A DNA stretch of 64,000 nucleotides, taken from the NCBI GenBank assembly GCA_021769135.1, contig JAETTM010000001.1, positions 12,366 to 76,365 on the forward strand, in the 5' to 3' direction. Shown in pieces: positions 1 to 10,777 of this stretch. Below the pieces are notes generated by a model. That model did no database searches, was not told the DNA's origin, and saw only the letters and a program-made list of their open reading frames with translations. The position numbers and the translations under genes are program-made. This DNA is from Lachnospiraceae bacterium. GTDB lineage: Bacteria > Bacillota > Clostridia > Lachnospirales > Lachnospiraceae. Position 1 is the first letter of the stretch. Each line of letters opens with the position of its first letter.

Positions 1-1030
1 CCACACGTTTTCCCAACAGGTTCTGGCGGAAACGCCCGGACTTTCCTTTTAACATATCGGACAGGGATTTTAATGCCCTGTTGCCCGGCCCGGTTACCGG
101 CCTGCCCCTCCTGCCGTTATCAATCAGGGCATCCACCGCTTCCTGAAGCATCCTCTTTTCATTGCGGACGATAATATCCGGCGCCCCCAGTTCGAGAAGC
201 CTCTTTAAACGGTTGTTCCTGTTAATAATCCTTCTATATAAATCGTTCAAATCCGAAGTGGCAAAACGTCCGCCATCCAACTGAACCATAGGGCGCAAAT
301 CCGGCGGGATAACCGGAATCGCATCCATAATCATCCATGACGGCTGATTGCCGGATTCACGGAAAGCTTCCACGACTTCCAGCCTTTTGATAATCCTCGC
401 CCGCTTCTGTCCGGTGGATTCCTTCAGGCCGCTTTTTAACTCTGCCGCTTCCGTTTCCAAATCAATCGCTTCCAACAGTTCTTTAATAGCTTCCGCCCCC
501 ATGCCGACGCGGAAACGGTTTCCCCATGTTTCCCGCGCATCCTGGTATTCCTTTTCGGACAGCACTTGCTTATAATCCATATCGGTATCGCCGGCATCCA
601 GTACAATATAGGACGCGAAATAAAGCACTTTTTCAAGTACCCTGGGCGACAAGTCAAGAATCAGGCCCATACGGCTGGGAATTCCTTTAAAATACCAGAT
701 ATGGGATACCGGGGCTGCCAGTTCGATATGCCCCATACGCTCCCTGCGCACGCTGGCTTTTGTAACTTCTACGCCGCAGCGGTCGCAGACAACGCCTTTA
801 TACCTGATTTTCTTATATTTACCGCAATGACATTCCCAGTCCTTGCTGGGTCCGAAAATCCTTTCGCAGAACAGGCCTTCCTTTTCCGGCTTCAATGTCC
901 TGTAGTTGATGGTTTCCGGCTTTGTCACCTCACCTCTGGACCATTCCCTGATTTTTTCAGGAGATGCTAAACCAATTTTAATCGCATCGAATGTCATCGG
1001 TTGATACGTTTCCTGTTTAATATCCGGCAT
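1..1030 (-). CDS. rpoC: DNA-directed RNA polymerase subunit beta' (N-terminal part; continues past the window start)
   Basis: Minus-strand translation from the ATG at 1028-1030 reads [76 protein letters not shown] (zinc ribbon)..[13 protein letters not shown]. The frame is open to position 1 and lies directly downstream of rpoB. It is missing from the ORF track because it is truncated by the window edge. Confidence 0.95.
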   Translation of the reverse strand, partial: MPDIKQETYQPMTFDAIKIGLASPEKIREWSRGEVTKPETINYRTLKPEKEGLFCERIFGPSKDWECHCGKYKKIRYKGVVCDRCGVEVTKASVRRERMGHIELAAPVSHIWYFKGIPSRMGLILDLSPRVLEKVLYFASYIVLDAGDTDMDYKQVLSEKEYQDARETWGNRFRVGMGAEAIKELLEAIDLETEAAELKSGLKESTGQKRARIIKRLEVVEAFRESGNQPSWMIMDAIPVIPPDLRPMVQLDGGRFATSDLNDLYRRIINRNNRLKRLLELGAPDIIVRNEKRMLQEAVDALIDNGRRGRPVTGPGNRALKSLSDMLKGKSGRFRQNLLGKRV

Positions 1031-1070
1031 CTTCACACATTCCTTTCTTTTCGGACTGTTACTATTATTT

Positions 1071-4000
1071 TTACTCGTCATAAGATTCTACAAACTCAGC
1101 TTCATCATCCAATGACAATTCCAGGTCATCCTCCAAATCATCTTCGTCCGTATTGACCAGTTCCCCGCTGTCCTCATCGAATTCCTGCTTCTGATAGCCC
1201 ATAGAACCGAAGGAATCCTGCTCGTAGTCATAATTTTTAGAATCCCCCTCCATCTCATAACGGTAATCGGTATCGCCGTAATCGATGGTCTCCATAATTT
1301 CCACTTCCGTATGGTCCTCACGGAGAACGCGTACGTCCAGGCCAAGGGACTGCAGTTCTTTCAAAAGAACCTTGAAGGATTCCGGAATACCCGGTTCAGG
1401 GATGTTGTCTCCCTTGATAATCGCCTCATATGTCTTCACACGCCCAATCACATCATCCGACTTCACAGTCAGTATTTCCTGCAGCGTATAAGAAGCGCCG
1501 TAGGCTTCCAGTGCCCAAACTTCCATTTCACCGAACCTTTGTCCGCCGAACTGGGCTTTACCGCCCAAAGGCTGCTGGGTTACCAAAGAGTAAGGGCCTG
1601 TGGAACGGGCATGGATTTTATCGTCCACCAGATGATGCAGCTTCAGGTAGTGCATATGGCCGATGGTAACAGGGCTGTCAAAATATTCCCCTGTCCTGCC
1701 GTCGCGCAGCCTTACCTTCCCATCCCTGGAAATAGGCACGCCTTTCCATACTTCCCTGTGGTCCCGATGCTCGTAAAGATAATCCATTACCTCCGGAAGC
1801 AGTTCCTCTTTATGCTTTTTCTCAAACTCTTCCCATTCCAGATTCACATAGTCATTGGCCAGGTCGAGGGTATCCATAATATCGTCTTCGTTCGCCCCGT
1901 CGAATACAGGCGTAGCCACGTTAAAGCCAAGGGCCCTGGCAGCTAAGGACAAGTGGATTTCCAGTACCTGTCCGATATTCATACGGGAAGGCACGCCCAA
2001 AGGATTCAACACGATATCAAGAGGGCGGCCATTGGGCAGATAAGGCATATCCTCTACCGGAAGCACGCGGGAAACAACGCCCTTATTCCCGTGGCGCCCT
2101 GCCATTTTATCCCCTACGGAAATTTTCCTCTTCTGGGCAATATAAATGCGCACTGCATGATTTACGCCCGGGGAAAGCTCATCCCCGTTTTCCCGTGTGA
2201 ATACTTTGGCGTCCACTACAATACCGTATTCCCCGTGAGGCACTTTCAAGGAAGTATCCCTTACTTCCCTTGCCTTCTCGCCGAAAATAGCACGCAGCAG
2301 CCTTTCTTCCGCCGTCAGCTCCGTCTCTCCCTTAGGGGTTACTTTGCCTACCAATATATCTCCGGCACGGACCTCCGCGCCAATTCGAATAATTCCCCTG
2401 TCATCCAAATCCTTCAAGGCATCATCGCCCACGCCTGGAACATCCCGCGTGATTTCCTCCGGGCCCAGCTTCGTATCGCGGGCTTCCGCTTCATATTCCT
2501 CAATATGCACGGATGTATACACATCCTCCTGCACAAGACGCTCGCTCAAAAGAACCGCATCCTCATAGTTATAGCCTTCCCATGTCATAAAGCCGATTAA
2601 CGGGTTCTTGCCCAAAGCCAGTTCCCCGCCGGATGTGGAAGGTCCGTCCGCAATTACCTGTCCTTTCTCCACATGGTCGCCTTTGAACACAATGGGCTTC
2701 TGGTTATAGCAGTTGGACTGGTTGCTTCGCGTAAATTTCGTCAAACGGTATTCATCCCGCTCTCCGTCATCATAAGTAATCTTAATAATCCTGGATGACA
2801 CATAATCGATTGTCCCCGATTTTCTGGCAACCACGCACACGCCGGAGTCCACCGCAGCCTTCGGCTCCATCCCCGTTCCTACCACGGGCGCTTCCGTATC
2901 CAGAAGCGGAACCGCCTGGCGCTGCATGTTGGAGCCCATCAGCGCACGGTTGGCATCATCGTTCTCCAGGAAAGGAATCAACGCCGTAGCCACCGAAAAT
3001 ACCATTTTCGGGGATACGTCCATATAATCAAACATAGCCTTAGGATATTCGGAAGTCTCTTCTTTGTAACGGCCGGATACAGTATTCCTTACGAAATGGC
3101 CGTTCTCATCCAATAATTCATTGGCCTGGGCCACATGGTAATTATCTTCTTCGTCCGCAGTCATATAAATAACTTCATCCGTTACCCTTGGGTTAGCCGG
3201 GTCGGATTTATCAATCTTACGGTATGGCGCCTCCACGAAGCCATACTCGTTAATCCTGGCATAGCTGGCCAGGGAGTTAATCAAGCCGATGTTCGGACCT
3301 TCCGGCGTCTCAATAGGGCACATCCTCCCATAGTGGGAATAGTGCACGTCACGGACTTCAAACCCTGCACGGTCCCTGGACAAACCGCCCGGGCCCAATG
3401 CGGACAAACGCCTCTTATGGGTCAGCTCGCCCAACGGGTTATTCTGATCCATGAACTGGGAAAGCTGGGAAGAACCGAAGAACTCCTTCACGGCAGCCTG
3501 TACCGGTTTAATGTTAATCAATACCTGCGGGGAAATTTCCTCCGCATCATGGGTCGTCATCCTTTCGCGGACTACCCTTTCCAGCCTGGACAAACCGATT
3601 CTATACTGGTTCTGCAGCAGTTCCCCTACCGCCCTGATGCGCCTGTTGCCCAAATGGTCGATGTCATCGGGATTTCCAATGCCGTATTCCAAATGGATAT
3701 TATAATTGATGGAAGCGAGAATATCTTCCTTCGTAATATGCTTCGGTATCAGTTCGTGCACATTTTTCTGGATGGCTTCCGCCAACTCTTCCGGACTATC
3801 GCTGTATTCGTCCAAAATCTGCGCAAGGACAGGATAATAAACCAATTCCGTTACTCCCAGTTCCCTTGGGTTGCAGTCCACAAAATTCGTAATATCCACC
3901 ATCATATTGGAAAGAATCTTAACATTTTTCTCTTCTGTCTGGATATAAACGTAAGGGATGGCCGCATTCTGAATGGCATCCGCCAATTCCGCCTTCACCT

Positions 4001-4943
4001 TCGTTCCTGCCTCTGCCAGTATCTCCCCTGTGGTGGTATCCACCACATCTTCCGCCAAAATATGGCCTCTTATCCTATTCCTGAACGCCAACTTTTTGTT
4101 AAATTTATATCTTCCGACTTTCGCCAAATCATATCTTCTGGGGTCAAAAAACATGGCAGTAATAAGGCTTTCCGCGCTTTCTACGCTAAGCGGTTCGCCC
4201 GGACGTATTTTTTTATACAACTCCAACAGACCCTCCTGATAATTTTCAGCAGTGTCTTTTCCAAAGCTTGCTTCAATCTTCGGTTCATCGCCGAACAATG
4301 CCCTGATTTCGTCATTGGTACCTACCCCCAATGCCCTAATCAGAACGGTAATCGGCACTTTTCTTGTCCTATCTACCCGTACATAAAAAACATCATTGGA
4401 ATCCGTCTCGTATTCAAGCCAGGCGCCGCGGTTAGGAATTACTGTGGAAGAAAAAAGCCTTTTCCCTATTTTATCATGCCCGATGGCATAATAAATGCCT
4501 GGAGAACGCACAAGCTGGCTAACGATAACACGTTCCGCCCCATTAATTACGAACGTTCCCGTTTCGGTCATCAACGGAAGATCCCCCATGAAGATTTCAT
4601 GTTCGCTGATTTCTTCTTTTTCCTTATTATAAAGGCGAACTTTAACTTTCAATGGCGCCGCATAAGTTGCATCTCTTTCCTTGCATTTTTCGATAGAATA
4701 CTTTACTTCCTTTTCACACAATTCGAAGTCCACGAATTCCAGACTCAAATGGCCGCTGTAATCCGCAATCGGAGAAATATCGTCAAAGACTTCTTTCAAG
4801 CCTTCTTCGAGAAACCATCTATAGGAGTATTTCTGTACTTCTATCAGGTTTGGCATTTCCAAAACCTCTTTTTGCCGTGAATAACTCATACGTATATCTT
4901 TGCCTGCGGCAATGGGACGTATTCTGTTTTTTTCCATTGACAT
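1071..4943 (-). CDS. rpoB: DNA-directed RNA polymerase subunit beta, with a long acidic C-terminal tail
   Basis: 1290-aa ORF with typical RpoB blocks ([63 protein letters not shown]). Standard rplL-rpoB-rpoC synteny. The start could also be the second ATG 6 nt downstream. Confidence 0.97.
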   Translation of the reverse strand: MSMEKNRIRPIAAGKDIRMSYSRQKEVLEMPNLIEVQKYSYRWFLEEGLKEVFDDISPIADYSGHLSLEFVDFELCEKEVKYSIEKCKERDATYAAPLKVKVRLYNKEKEEISEHEIFMGDLPLMTETGTFVINGAERVIVSQLVRSPGIYYAIGHDKIGKRLFSSTVIPNRGAWLEYETDSNDVFYVRVDRTRKVPITVLIRALGVGTNDEIRALFGDEPKIEASFGKDTAENYQEGLLELYKKIRPGEPLSVESAESLITAMFFDPRRYDLAKVGRYKFNKKLAFRNRIRGHILAEDVVDTTTGEILAEAGTKVKAELADAIQNAAIPYVYIQTEEKNVKILSNMMVDITNFVDCNPRELGVTELVYYPVLAQILDEYSDSPEELAEAIQKNVHELIPKHITKEDILASINYNIHLEYGIGNPDDIDHLGNRRIRAVGELLQNQYRIGLSRLERVVRERMTTHDAEEISPQVLINIKPVQAAVKEFFGSSQLSQFMDQNNPLGELTHKRRLSALGPGGLSRDRAGFEVRDVHYSHYGRMCPIETPEGPNIGLINSLASYARINEYGFVEAPYRKIDKSDPANPRVTDEVIYMTADEEDNYHVAQANELLDENGHFVRNTVSGRYKEETSEYPKAMFDYMDVSPKMVFSVATALIPFLENDDANRALMGSNMQRQAVPLLDTEAPVVGTGMEPKAAVDSGVCVVARKSGTIDYVSSRIIKITYDDGERDEYRLTKFTRSNQSNCYNQKPIVFKGDHVEKGQVIADGPSTSGGELALGKNPLIGFMTWEGYNYEDAVLLSERLVQEDVYTSVHIEEYEAEARDTKLGPEEITRDVPGVGDDALKDLDDRGIIRIGAEVRAGDILVGKVTPKGETELTAEERLLRAIFGEKAREVRDTSLKVPHGEYGIVVDAKVFTRENGDELSPGVNHAVRIYIAQKRKISVGDKMAGRHGNKGVVSRVLPVEDMPYLPNGRPLDIVLNPLGVPSRMNIGQVLEIHLSLAARALGFNVATPVFDGANEDDIMDTLDLANDYVNLEWEEFEKKHKEELLPEVMDYLYEHRDHREVWKGVPISRDGKVRLRDGRTGEYFDSPVTIGHMHYLKLHHLVDDKIHARSTGPYSLVTQQPLGGKAQFGGQRFGEMEVWALEAYGASYTLQEILTVKSDDVIGRVKTYEAIIKGDNIPEPGIPESFKVLLKELQSLGLDVRVLREDHTEVEIMETIDYGDTDYRYEMEGDSKNYDYEQDSFGSMGYQKQEFDEDSGELVNTDEDDLEDDLELSLDDEAEFVESYDE

Positions 4944-5120
4944 TTCACCCCGTTCTTTATGATTTTGAGCCTATTTACCGGTGATTTACATATCTGGTAC
5001 TCTAATTTTATTGTTTTTTTTCATGCAAAACTAGAGTAAGGACACCTTACCACAATAGTGCATCATCCATTCTACTACAAAAATTTGGAAGCGTCAAGAG
5101 TTTTTTAAACGGCGTACACG

Positions 5121-5171
5121 GAAAAAGAACCCGTACCCGGAAGCCTGCATGGCTCTTCCTTGTACCGGTCC
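5121..5171 (-). terminator. Imperfect hairpin plus T-run between rplL and rpoB (possible attenuator or partial terminator)
   Basis: On the minus strand GGACCGGTACAAGGAAG..loop..CTTCCGGGTACGGGTTC is followed by TTTTTC. The stem has mismatches. Position matches the known rplL-rpoB attenuation site in other bacteria. Confidence 0.4.
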
Positions 5172-5198
5172 TTTTATCCAATGAACACTGCTTAGGAA

Positions 5199-5573
5199 CT
5201 ATTTAACAGTAGCTTTAGCTCCTTCTGCTTCCAGTTTGCCTTTCACTTCTTCAGCTTCTTCCTTAGATACGCCTTCTTTTACCATCTTAGGAGCGGAATC
5301 AACAAGGTCTTTTGCTTCTTTCAGGCCAAGGCCTGTAGCTTCACGAACCACTTTGATAACTTTAACTTTGTTAGGGCCTACTTCTGTAAGTTCCACGTCG
5401 AATTCGGTCTTTTCTTCTTCTGCTGCACCTGCGTCAGCTGCTGCTGCAACTACCACGCCTGCTGCTGCGGATACGCCAAATTCCTCTTCACATGCTTTTA
5501 CTAAATCGTTTAATTCTAAAACCGTTAACTCTTTGATAGCATCAATAAGTTCCTGAGCTGTTAATTTTGCCAT
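5199..5573 (-). CDS. rplL: 50S ribosomal protein L7/L12
   Basis: 124 aa. [36 protein letters not shown], Ala-rich hinge, C-terminal [22 protein letters not shown]. Confidence 0.97.
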   Translation of the reverse strand: MAKLTAQELIDAIKELTVLELNDLVKACEEEFGVSAAAGVVVAAAADAGAAEEEKTEFDVELTEVGPNKVKVIKVVREATGLGLKEAKDLVDSAPKMVKEGVSKEEAEEVKGKLEAEGAKATVK

Positions 5574-5668
5574 TACTGTTTACCTCCATAAATAAATTTG
5601 AATTTTACATTGCATTTCGATATCTTCAGCTTTCCACCCTATAGGGCTTCCCATCAGGTGGTGTTTCC

Positions 5669-6265
5669 TTACTCCGCCGGGGCCTCTTGTGCCAGTGCGG
5701 CATCCGCGGGCGCTTCAGCCGGTGCCGCATCTTCTACGGCAGCTTCCTCTGTTTGAGCTGCAGGAGCTTCACATGCAGCTGCACCGCCTTTTTCTGCCAG
5801 CTGGTTCATAACGCGCGCAAAGTTTGTAATCGGGGACTGCAAGCTTCCAAGCAGCTTGGAAATCAGTTCTTCCCTTGAAGGAATCTTTGCGATGTCCATG
5901 ATTCCTGCCGCATCATAAGCAATGCCTTCAACCATTCCGCCTTTTACTTCCAGTTTGCTGGCTTCCTTGGCAAATTTGCAAAGTATCCTTGCCGGCGCCG
6001 TAGCATCCGAATTGGAAATTGCAATTGCGCTGGGGCCTTCCAAATATGGAGTAAGCGCTTCATAATCCGTTCCCTTAAACGCGAAATTCATCATCGTGTT
6101 TTTGTAAACCTTGTAAGTAATTCCCGCTTCACGGAGTTCCTTACGAAGCCTTGTGTCCTGCTCTACCGTAAGACCGCGGTAATCCACAAGGACAATCGAC
6201 TGCGCATCCTTAATGTTTGCAGAAATTTCTTCTACAACAGGTTGCTTCAATTCAATTTTTGCCAC
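5669..6265 (-). CDS. rplJ: 50S ribosomal protein L10 (GTG start), with an Ala/Glu-rich C-terminal extension
   Basis: AAGGAGGTAAAGAAA-GTG-GCAAAAATT gives a strong SD before VAKIELKQPVVEEI..VLVDYRGLTVEQDTRLRKELREAG. The longer track ORF (to 6397) runs through the untranslated leader. Confidence 0.9.
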   Translation of the reverse strand: MAKIELKQPVVEEISANIKDAQSIVLVDYRGLTVEQDTRLRKELREAGITYKVYKNTMMNFAFKGTDYEALTPYLEGPSAIAISNSDATAPARILCKFAKEASKLEVKGGMVEGIAYDAAGIMDIAKIPSREELISKLLGSLQSPITNFARVMNQLAEKGGAAACEAPAAQTEEAAVEDAAPAEAPADAALAQEAPAE

Positions 6266-6495
6266 TTTCTTTACCTCCTTATAGATTTGTACAGAACCGG
6301 TTTCCGCGCCGGTCCTTCTTTGCCGAAAGGAGTTTTCTATTGCGCATAAAAAACCTTCCCGTCCAGAAAATCCCAAAGACAGAAAGGTATCAAGCAAGAA
6401 TCAGTCCACTCTTTTCCTCGGTAGGCGTTTTATACTTACGCTGCAGCCACAGCACCTACTGTCTTCGGCATAGCTATTCCCTGGTTGGAATAACT
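6266..6495 (-). promoter_or_regulatory. rplJ 5' leader (candidate L10-leader autoregulatory RNA)
   Basis: About 230 nt untranslated between a consensus promoter and the rplJ SD. It contains CCGAAGACAGUAGGUG...CGCCUACCGAGG pairing and an internal terminator-like hairpin. Class assignment rests on context and memory of the Firmicute L10 leader; no covariance model was run. Confidence 0.5.
6347..6389 (-). terminator. Attenuator hairpin inside the rplJ leader
   Basis: Minus strand ACCUUUCUGUCU..loop..GGACGGGAAGGU (11-12 bp including G-U pairs) followed by UUUUUUA. Confidence 0.45.
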
Positions 6496-6501
6496 TCTAT
6501 T

Positions 6502-6530
6502 ACTATACGATAAACATGGCCCATTGTCAA
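6502..6530 (-). promoter_or_regulatory. SigA-type promoter for the rplJ-rplL operon
   Basis: Minus strand TTGACA - 17 nt - TATAGT. Confidence 0.6.
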
Positions 6531-6546
6531 GAGCCCGTTGAATTTT

Positions 6547-7842
6547 TTACCTCTCGGTTACAAACCCATCCTCATCGATATCCACGCCCGGCGAAATGGA
6601 GCGCATGTAGGCCAGAACCCTTTCTTTTTCCTCATCATGCAGCATGGTGGTGGTGCAGCCCTTTTGCAGCGCAGGAACAAATTGCAGGGATTGCAGGCCG
6701 TTTTCGTCAATGACCGCTTTCATCAGGCATGTATCCAATTCTTTGGAGTTAAACCAGAAATTCCCCAGGCTGTATACCACAGGAATCCCATTCACATATT
6801 CAATCGGCTGCAGGCAGTGGGGATGGTCTCCGATAATCAGGTCCGCTCCCGCATCGGCAATTTTAGGAGCCTGGTCCCGCTGAATCCAGTCGATTTCCGC
6901 GGTATTCTCCGTCCCCCAATGAATATATACGATGACAAAATCGCTGTTTTCCTTTGCCTCCTGCACCACTTCCAACAGCTTGGCCGGGTCCAGGCAGCGG
7001 AACACCCCGGGGGTTTCATCGGTAGCCCCTTTGGTATCCGGATTATCCAGGCGCTCGATCTGTGTGGCTGAGACGATTGCTATTTTTATATCCCCTGCGA
7101 TGAAATATACGGGGCTGGCCGCCTCCTCCAGATTACGCCCGGCCCCCACATAGGGCATTTCCATTTCCGCCAACGTATCCAATGTATCCAAAAAAGCGTC
7201 TTCCCCATAATCATAGGCGTGGTTATTGGCCAGGGATACGATATCCACGCCCATTTCCTCCAAAATGGACGCATATTCCGGCTTGGCCCGGAATGTAAAC
7301 TGCTTTCCTTCCGTAGGCGTTCCCCGGCTGGAATAAGGGAACTCATTATTAATCATCATAATATCGGCATTTATCATCTCATCCATTAAATCTTCCGATA
7401 TGCTGTCATGAATCCCATTCTCCCTCTGAAGCAGACGGGCCATGACGCTGTAATACGGGTCGAACAAGATATCCCCGCCAAAAGCTATGGTTATTTCTTT
7501 TTCCTTTGCAGTCTCTTTCGCGTAAATATTGTTTTCCCGCATATATGCCGAATCGGAGAGAATATCGTCATACTTTCCCTTCGGCTCTTCCGGGGGCGGC
7601 TCTTCCACATATTGCTCCTGCGGCGGGTTTTCCTCCTGCTTTGGAACCACTTCCACAATCGCATTGGAAATAGCTTCCTCCGTCTTCCCTATGCCGCCCT
7701 CCGCTTCCTTTTCCTCTCCCGCTTTCCTGTAAAGCAAAAATGCCAGAATGCCGAGAATCATCACGCCCGTAAAAACGCCCCAGAACGTCAGAATCATGTT
7801 CAGAAAATGGTTTTTTTTCTTTTTCTTCCTTTTTTTCTTCAT
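6547..7842 (-). CDS. CapA-family (PGA-synthesis-type metallophosphoesterase) membrane-anchored protein
   Basis: GGGAG SD before MKKKRKKKKKNHF. One N-terminal TM helix (ILTFWGVFTGVMILGILAFLLY), then FGGDILFD..NNHAYDYG..HWGTE..GDHPH motifs typical of CapA/YwtB-like proteins. Confidence 0.8.
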   Translation of the reverse strand: MKKKRKKKKKNHFLNMILTFWGVFTGVMILGILAFLLYRKAGEEKEAEGGIGKTEEAISNAIVEVVPKQEENPPQEQYVEEPPPEEPKGKYDDILSDSAYMRENNIYAKETAKEKEITIAFGGDILFDPYYSVMARLLQRENGIHDSISEDLMDEMINADIMMINNEFPYSSRGTPTEGKQFTFRAKPEYASILEEMGVDIVSLANNHAYDYGEDAFLDTLDTLAEMEMPYVGAGRNLEEAASPVYFIAGDIKIAIVSATQIERLDNPDTKGATDETPGVFRCLDPAKLLEVVQEAKENSDFVIVYIHWGTENTAEIDWIQRDQAPKIADAGADLIIGDHPHCLQPIEYVNGIPVVYSLGNFWFNSKELDTCLMKAVIDENGLQSLQFVPALQKGCTTTMLHDEEKERVLAYMRSISPGVDIDEDGFVTER

Positions 7843-8024
7843 ATATACTCCCAAGCGCATAAACGTGTTTTGCACGCTCCGGCGCCCAACAAGATGGCAA
7901 CAGTTCAGCCTTTCGGCTTCCCTGTTACGAAATCCGGCCCTTTTCTCCCCCTATGCCACAAAGACCATCTGCCAGGTTTCCCGCACAGATGGTCTCAACA
8001 TTTGTCTGATAAAAATGTATTCCA

Positions 8025-8714
8025 TTAAAATTTTGCAACGCTTACCTTTACGCCGGGGCCCATTGTAGAAGATAATGTAATGCTTCTTAAGAACTGGCCT
8101 TTCACCGCTGAAGGCCTTGCCTTTACGATAGCTTCCATGAGCGCATTAAAGTTCTCTTCCAACTGCTCTTCCGTAAAAGAAGCTTTTCCAATCGGCACGT
8201 GAATAATATTGGATTTATCCAATCTGTACTCAATCTTACCAGCTTTGATATCCTTAATCGCCTTGGTAACATCCATGGTAACGGTTCCCGCTTTAGGGTT
8301 CGGCATCAAACCTTTCGGTCCTAATGTCTTACCGAGACGTCCTACCACGCCCATCATATCGGGCGTAGCTACTACAACATCGAAGTCCAGCCATCCCTCA
8401 TTCTGGATTTTCGGGATAAGTTCGTCTCCGCCTACGTAATCCGCTCCGGCAGCTTCTGCTTCCGTAAGCTTATCCCCCTTGGCAAATACCAATACCTTTA
8501 CTTCTTTACCTGTACCATTCGGCAGCACAACGGCGCCACGAATCTGCTGTTCCGCATGACGTCCATCGCATCCTGTCCTGATGTGGACTTCAATCGTTTC
8601 GTTGAATTTTGCAGTGGCCGTTTTCTTCACAAGCCCAATCGCTTCGTTAGGCTCGTATTGAACGGTGCGGTCTATCTGCTTTGCAGCCTCATTATATTTT
8701 TTTCCATGTTTCAT
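8025..8714 (-). CDS. rplA: 50S ribosomal protein L1
   Basis: 229 aa. [16 protein letters not shown]...[28 protein letters not shown]. Confidence 0.97.
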   Translation of the reverse strand: MKHGKKYNEAAKQIDRTVQYEPNEAIGLVKKTATAKFNETIEVHIRTGCDGRHAEQQIRGAVVLPNGTGKEVKVLVFAKGDKLTEAEAAGADYVGGDELIPKIQNEGWLDFDVVVATPDMMGVVGRLGKTLGPKGLMPNPKAGTVTMDVTKAIKDIKAGKIEYRLDKSNIIHVPIGKASFTEEQLEENFNALMEAIVKARPSAVKGQFLRSITLSSTMGPGVKVSVAKF

Positions 8715-8794
8715 CGCTAATTCCTCCTATGGTTCAACCGGCAGTCCTTCGCCCAGGCATTTTCGCCCGCAGCTGCCTCCCAATTTTATTGTAA

Positions 8795-9220
8795 TTAATC
8801 TTCTACTGTGATTCCCATACTTCTTGCCGTTCCTGCAATCATGCTCATCGCCGCTTCGATGGATGCTGCGTTCAAATCCGGCATCTTCATTTCTGCAATT
8901 TCCTTCAGCTTATCTTTGGAAATGGACGCAACCTTCGTCTTGTTCGGTACTGCGGAACCGGACTTAATGTTGCATGCTTTCTTGAGAAGTACTGCTGCAG
9001 GAGGAGTCTTAGTCACAAAACTGAAGCTTCTGTCTGCGTATACCGTAATAACAACAGGAATAATCGTATCGCCTTTATCCGCTGTCCTCGCGTTGAACTG
9101 TTTCGTAAACTCAACGATATTTACACCATGCTGTCCAAGTGCAGGACCAACCGGTGGAGCCGGCGTTGCTTTTCCGGCAGGAATCTGTAACTTAATATAT
9201 CCTTCTACTTTCTTTGCCAT
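8795..9220 (-). CDS. rplK: 50S ribosomal protein L11
   Basis: 141 aa. [35 protein letters not shown]. Confidence 0.97.
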   Translation of the reverse strand: MAKKVEGYIKLQIPAGKATPAPPVGPALGQHGVNIVEFTKQFNARTADKGDTIIPVVITVYADRSFSFVTKTPPAAVLLKKACNIKSGSAVPNKTKVASISKDKLKEIAEMKMPDLNAASIEAAMSMIAGTARSMGITVED

Positions 9221-9442
9221 CTTGGCTACCTCCTAAAATATTGTGGTATGGCGCATCCGCCCAGTACGGCGCTGCTCCCACTGCCCCGGCTTTTTCCAGG
9301 GGCTTTCCTTTTGCTGCCGCGGCGTCAATGTCCGCTGTCCGCTCCCTTTCTTTAAAAAACTCTTCCGGGCACTTCCAGCCTCATCCGGCCGCATCTTATA
9401 TTTAAGCCGGATTTCCGGCATAAATATCTTTTTCTAAACGTT

Positions 9443-9961
9443 TTACTGCATTTTTCTTACTTCTTCGAAACCTATTTCGACCGGGGTTTCCCTTCCAAAT
9501 AAATCTACATTTATCGTTGCCGTCTGTTTGCCGTAATCCATCCTCTGGACCATGCCTACCGTATCTTTCCACACTCCGGCGATTACTGCAATCGTATCCC
9601 CTTCGCCGAAATCCACAGTGACATTCTCGGACTTAATACCAAGCGGCCTCATCTCCGTTTCCGTAAGCGGCACCGGCTTGCTTCCCGGCCCTACGAATCC
9701 TGTAACGCCTCTCGTATTTCTGACCACATACCATGTGTCGTCGTTCATCACCATATTGATAAGGACATAACCTGGGAACAATTTCTTCTGGACAGTCTTT
9801 TTCGCCCCGTTCTTCATCTCCACAACATCCTGCATAGGAACACGGACTTCAAGAATTTCATCTTCCAGATGCCTGTTCTCCCTCATTTTATCAATATTGG
9901 CTTTGACTTTATTTTCATATCCGGAATAGGTATGAACTACGTACCAGTTTGCCTCTGCCAT
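9443..9961 (-). CDS. nusG: Transcription termination/antitermination factor NusG
   Basis: 172 aa. WYVVHTYSGYENKVKANI.. NGN domain plus a C-terminal KOW domain (GDTIAVIAGVWKDTVGMV). secE-nusG-rplK synteny. Confidence 0.95.
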   Translation of the reverse strand: MAEANWYVVHTYSGYENKVKANIDKMRENRHLEDEILEVRVPMQDVVEMKNGAKKTVQKKLFPGYVLINMVMNDDTWYVVRNTRGVTGFVGPGSKPVPLTETEMRPLGIKSENVTVDFGEGDTIAVIAGVWKDTVGMVQRMDYGKQTATINVDLFGRETPVEIGFEEVRKMQ

Positions 9962-9976
9962 CTATTTACCCTCACT

Positions 9977-10198
9977 CTATAATGTCGTCAAGAAATCTAT
10001 GCCATACTGGAAAAGGAAATCCAATATAGCGATAATCACTCCAACCACAACCGAGATGCATACAACCGCAACGGACTGTTTCACAAGCGAATCCTTGTCC
10101 GGCCAGGCAATCTTCTTAAACTCAGTTTTCACACCCTTGAAAAAACTCGGTTTCGGTGTCTTATCTGTTTTTGCGGAACCTCCCATGTTAACAACCAT
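9977..10198 (-). CDS. secE: Preprotein translocase subunit SecE
   Basis: 73 aa. FFKGVKTEFKKIAWPDKDSL followed by a single TM helix. Lies between rpmG and nusG. Confidence 0.85.
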   Translation of the reverse strand: MVVNMGGSAKTDKTPKPSFFKGVKTEFKKIAWPDKDSLVKQSVAVVCISVVVGVIIAILDFLFQYGIDFLTTL

Positions 10199-10211
10199 GC
10201 CCTTTCCAGTC

Positions 10212-10361
10212 TTATTTTGTTTCCTTATGCGGAGTATGTTTCCTGCAGAATCTGCAATATTTCCTTAACTCCATTCTTTCAGGATGTGTCTTCTTATCCT
10301 TCGTAGTATTATAATTCCTCTGTTTGCATTCTGTACATGCCAATGTAATTCTCGTACGCAT
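10212..10361 (-). CDS. rpmG: 50S ribosomal protein L33
   Basis: Not in the ORF track (49 aa). Minus-strand ATG at 10361 with a GGAGGG SD gives [49 protein letters not shown], with the two CxxC pairs. Confidence 0.9.
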   Translation of the reverse strand: MRTRITLACTECKQRNYNTTKDKKTHPERMELRKYCRFCRKHTPHKETK

Positions 10362-10419
10362 TGATTTTCCCTCCAAATTTGAGCATAAAAAAAAGACCTG
10401 AATAAATCTTGTTTGTTAA

Positions 10420-10447
10420 CTATAGCACAAGATTCTCTCTACGTCAA
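10420..10447 (-). promoter_or_regulatory. SigA-type promoter for rpmG-secE-nusG
   Basis: Minus strand TTGACG - 17 nt - (TGc)TATAGT, with an extended -10. Confidence 0.55.
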
Positions 10448-10510
10448 CTAGTTTCTATGCTTGTTTCGGTTTAATTTTCAAATTTTTCCTTCTCCCCCTC
10501 ACTTTTTCCC

Positions 10511-10538
10511 TTCCAAATTCCGATATATATGATATAAT
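10511..10538 (+). promoter_or_regulatory. Possible promoter for the FliD-like gene
   Basis: TTCCAA - 16 nt - TATAAT on the plus strand, about 275 nt upstream of the ATG at 10815. Confidence 0.35.
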
Positions 10539-10562
10539 GTACGTGTAGGCAATGAGCAGTGC

Positions 10563-10777
10563 GCATCCGCAAACTGGAAAAATGGCAGCTTGCTGACAGT
10601 TTTTCCAGCTTACGGATGCATAGGGCGAAGCCCGCGAGCGAGGAAAACCGCAGGTTTTTCGAGCCGCACTGCGGAGCAGAGCCATAAGCCCACACCCAAC
10701 AAAAATATCCACTCACAACCCCATACGCGGCTGCCGCTTCATTACCCCGGCAGCCTACGCAGGAACAGATTCCTGCG
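10563..10777 (+). promoter_or_regulatory. Highly structured 5' leader of unknown class
   Basis: Nested hairpin 10563-10619 (GCATCCG/CGGATGC outer, CTGGAAAAA/TTTTTCCAG inner). GGGC-GAA-GCCC at 10623-10633. GGCTGCC/GGCAGCC at 10729-10755. CGCAGGAA/TTCCTGCG at 10758-10777. Confidence 0.35.

Noticed and set aside
3135-4880. 581-aa plus-strand ORF, together with many other long ORFs antisense to rpoB, the carboxyltransferase, ppd, the GT genes and others.
   Set aside because: These are shadow ORFs on the opposite strand of genes with unmistakable conserved motifs. Their translations are low-complexity and have no SD or recognisable domains.
7801-7842. Homopolymeric T tracts at the 5' end of the CapA-like gene as a phase-variation switch.
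   Set aside because: They encode a plausible poly-Lys cytoplasmic anchor preceding the TM helix. No evidence of length variation is available from a single sequence.
9221-9442. 222-nt GC-rich nusG-rplK spacer as an L1-binding autoregulatory leader or terminator.
   Set aside because: Only a short GCCGGAAATCCGGC hairpin is evident. I could not recognise an L1-stalk mimic by eye, so it is left unannotated.
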